From the NCBI GenBank assembly GCA_951406725.2, contig OX597826.1, positions 21,824,001-21,888,000 on the forward strand: a stretch of DNA of 64,000 nucleotides, read 5' to 3'. This stretch comes from Octopus vulgaris (lineage: Eukaryota). This document shows, one piece after another, positions 61,250 to 64,000 of the stretch. The position numbers were made by a program, and so were the translations under genes. The notes below the pieces were generated by a model that did not search any database, was not told the origin of the DNA, and was given only the letters and a program-made list of their open reading frames with translations. Numbering within the stretch: position 1 is the stretch's first letter; the number at the start of each line of letters is the position of its first letter.

Positions 61250-62750
61250 TAGTAGGTTAAGAGTTAGAACAATAATAATGATGATGATGGTAATATAATA
61301 GTAATGAGAGTAGTGAGGGATCAACTGCAGCACATGCTGCTGTGCTGCTTGGGGTCTCCCAATGTTTGTGCAACCAATATTGTTGTCAGGAAAGAAATGA
61401 AGTATAAAAAAGCTGTTAAGATGGCAGAGAGACCATTCTGGAAATGAAAGATTTGGAAAGTGTAATGCTGAACACACAGAGATTGCAATGGTCATAGAAC
61501 AAATAATTGTCCCATCAGAATAAAAAAGAGAAGTGAGATATAGTAACCAAAGAGGAAAAGGAAGATCATACAACTGGTGAAGTAGGCTTAGTAAGGCTGG
61601 TTGTAGGGTTAGTGAGTTATTTAGCTATAAAGAAACTATGATAGAGCTCGTTGTGGAAAATGGAGCCAAGATGTTGTGATTGTTTCTGAGAATGATGTAT
61701 ATCCTTTCATTGTTGGCTGTCTTAGGTAAAGACCTAATCCACACAACATACTTTTCTGAAATTGTCTCAATAGGAAGATAGCATTGGTGGTACCTTTTCC
61801 TGGCACAAACTGAATCTAACCTAATCTAATTCTGTTCCTAATCAATTGTGCTCATCCTTTGACTTCCATCACCTTAATTAATACCTCTGAACTTAGCTTT
61901 TCTTGTAGATCTTCTTTGCTCTTTAACTAATAATACTGTCACACAATTCTTTGGGTTTGGTTCTTCTGTGTGATTCCTTGTGTGAATGACTAACACACGT
62001 CCAAATGTGACAGATATTCTAATCATTTCAGTGTTGAGTCCACTTCACTTAATTTCTTTCATGAATTCTTTTCTTTCAGTAACTTCCCCAAATAGCACAT
62101 CCATTCTGCCTCTTTTTTCAGTGTCAAAGGGCAATTGTACTGTTATTCTGTAACCCCGCTCCTGCTCTCCACCACACTAACTTGTTTGTTTTATCTGATA
62201 CACCAGATTTGCTACCTGAAACATTTCATACCTCTGATCTTCAGATTGTTGAACACACATACAGATCTCTAACTTTTTGCTTCTACTTTTGCTAAGTATA
62301 TCTGATCATATTTGTTTGATATTGTTCTTCTCTGCCACCTTTTTTCTCCTCTTTCTGAACCTGTGACTTAGTTTTTGTGGCTCCATCTACAGCCATAATT
62401 CTGTCACCTTCTGTTACCTCAGTCATAAATATGGTCTGTAGCTCTCAGCAGATTGTCCTGTAGAAAATTGTTGTTTGCTGTTATGTTATAAGCCTCTTTC
62501 TCCTCCTGCTTCTGTCCTAATCATTTGCTAGAATTTCTCTGAACCTGCAGCTGGTTCTTAGCTCTTTCGGCTTAATGTCTTCCTTCTCTAGATTGCCTTG
62601 TGTCCATTTAGCTCTTGCTCTAAACTCACTTATCACAACTATTTGTTCATCAAGGATAAACTGAGCATTCACATACATTTACATTTCCTGATCAGTATAG
62701 AAACTTGTTAGAAGACGACCAGATAGCTTTGGTTAGTCTCATAAAATATC
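61250..62750 (-). mobile_element. Possible very old I/Jockey-group LINE relic (ORF1 CCHC knuckles + APE start)
   Basis: Fragmentary MKCFR*QIW knuckle-like remnant near 62220 and weak APE-like remnants near 61340-61760; purine-rich minus strand. No continuous ORF. Confidence 0.3.
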
Positions 62751-62995
62751 TTTATTTATTTTCCTCCGAGTCTGAATTAGATGTGGTTTTTACAGAAATG
62801 TGTGTTCCATTGTCAGAAATGTAATATTGATGTTCACAATTGCTGTATATGTTTTGTAGAGGATTAGACACATGTGAATTAGCATAAAGTACATTGTCTG
62901 ATTACACAAGTGTAATAGCTCAATTGGCAGTTAATTATAATGAATACTTATCAATTCAATGACAGTAGTAAATACATACATGCTTACATATATAA

Positions 62996-63054
<59 letters not shown>

Positions 63055-63129
63055 TATACATAAATATACATGCATGCATACATACACACATATATACATT
63101 TATATGTATGTGTGTATGTATATATATAT

Positions 63130-63344
63130 ACAGATCGCCATGTTGATTCGTTAGCTACTGCACGCATTTTTTTTCTCTCCTTCTTTCTGTGTTTTTCTCT
63201 CTCTGTGTATCTTTCTGTTGAAGAGCGTAGGCTCGAAACGTTAAAGAATTGTTTTATTTATATTTCCTGAGCGCCATACTAATACAATTGTTCGTTTGTT
63301 TTCCACCTGCCTTCGTCTTTTGTTTATTTTCATAAAGCTTCCCG

Positions 63345-63347
<3 letters not shown>
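63130..63347 (+). mobile_element. pLTR-like fragment between (TA)n tracts
   Basis: Contains a hammerhead-like motif at 63210-63247; relative at 36630-36785. Confidence 0.6.
63210..63247 (+). ncRNA. Hammerhead-like motif with atypical CUGUUGA core
   Basis: tcttt-CTGTTGA-a-gagc(gtag)gctc-GAAA-cg-TT-aaaga; stem III reduced to the palindrome aacgtt. Confidence 0.55.
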
Positions 63348-63379
<32 letters not shown>

Positions 63380-63616
63380 CCTTTACAATGGCCAAAATAT
63401 TCATTGTCTTGAACCTAACTGGTCTTACTCCTTCACCACCGAAAAATACATCAGTTCTGAATAATTACTGATTGACCCAGCTACAAGGACATGTATACTC
63501 TATACTGGAGTACCAATGACATAATTGAAATAGTATTCACACACACACATCTAGCTGATAAGTAAATGTTCACACTATAACCACCTTTAGCTCACCAATA
63601 ATCTCTCCTTCCCCAC

Positions 63617-63669
<53 letters not shown>

Positions 63670-64000
63670 TACACACTATAGGTCCTATCTCTCTCTTGCA
63701 GGCTGGGTGGAGTTTTCAAGGAATATAAATCTTGCCTCTGTCTTCCTAGGACTAAACAATGAACGAAAGTGTGGATGAGTCATATTGATGATGGAAAGTA
63801 AGCTTAGAGATTCCTTGAGGATGAACTGGAAACAAATGTCTGGACTAAGTCTGAGAATTCTTTAGGACAGCTCTGTAAGTTGAGTCCAAGTGTGAGGAGA
63901 AGAGAAAGAAAATGAAGTTATCATTTGGATCGTAGATATTCATCGATGGATCATAGAATTCCACTCTCTAGAGCAAGAGTAAAGTGCCAAATATTAGACT

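Overview
AT-rich, repeat-saturated eukaryotic DNA. I found no supportable host protein-coding gene, and the long IYIY/CVCV ORFs in the track are microsatellite artefacts. The repeat inventory (tRNA-derived SINEs with Nin/Deu-like and V/Meta-like cores, RTE LINEs with (GAT)n tails, CR1-group LINEs, Penelope-like elements, huge (TA)n tracts) resembles an octopus/cephalopod genome; this is an inference. From about 3.4 to 36.5 kb the window is a stack of retroelements, nearly all bounded by (TA)n tracts: two near-full-length CR1-group LINEs with CCCH-finger ORF1s, truncated CR1-group copies, a near-intact RTE carrying a PHD-like finger inside ORF2, and Penelope-like (PLE) fragments. The right half holds a decayed Ty3/Gypsy element, RTE/CR1/PLE relics, SINEs and non-autonomous Helitrons. 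The strongest non-obvious signals are: (1) more than a dozen type I hammerhead ribozyme motifs of several families, including U3-A8 core variants, long stem-II forms with compensatory base changes, and head-to-head fold-back palindromes that put the same ribozyme on both strands; (2) a candidate programmed -1 frameshift (U_UUU_UUA) joining ORF1 to an ATG-less ORF2 in the CR1-group LINEs; (3) a 3' stem-loop signal conserved in structure across three diverged CR1-group families. All calls were made by eye, and element boundaries are approximate.
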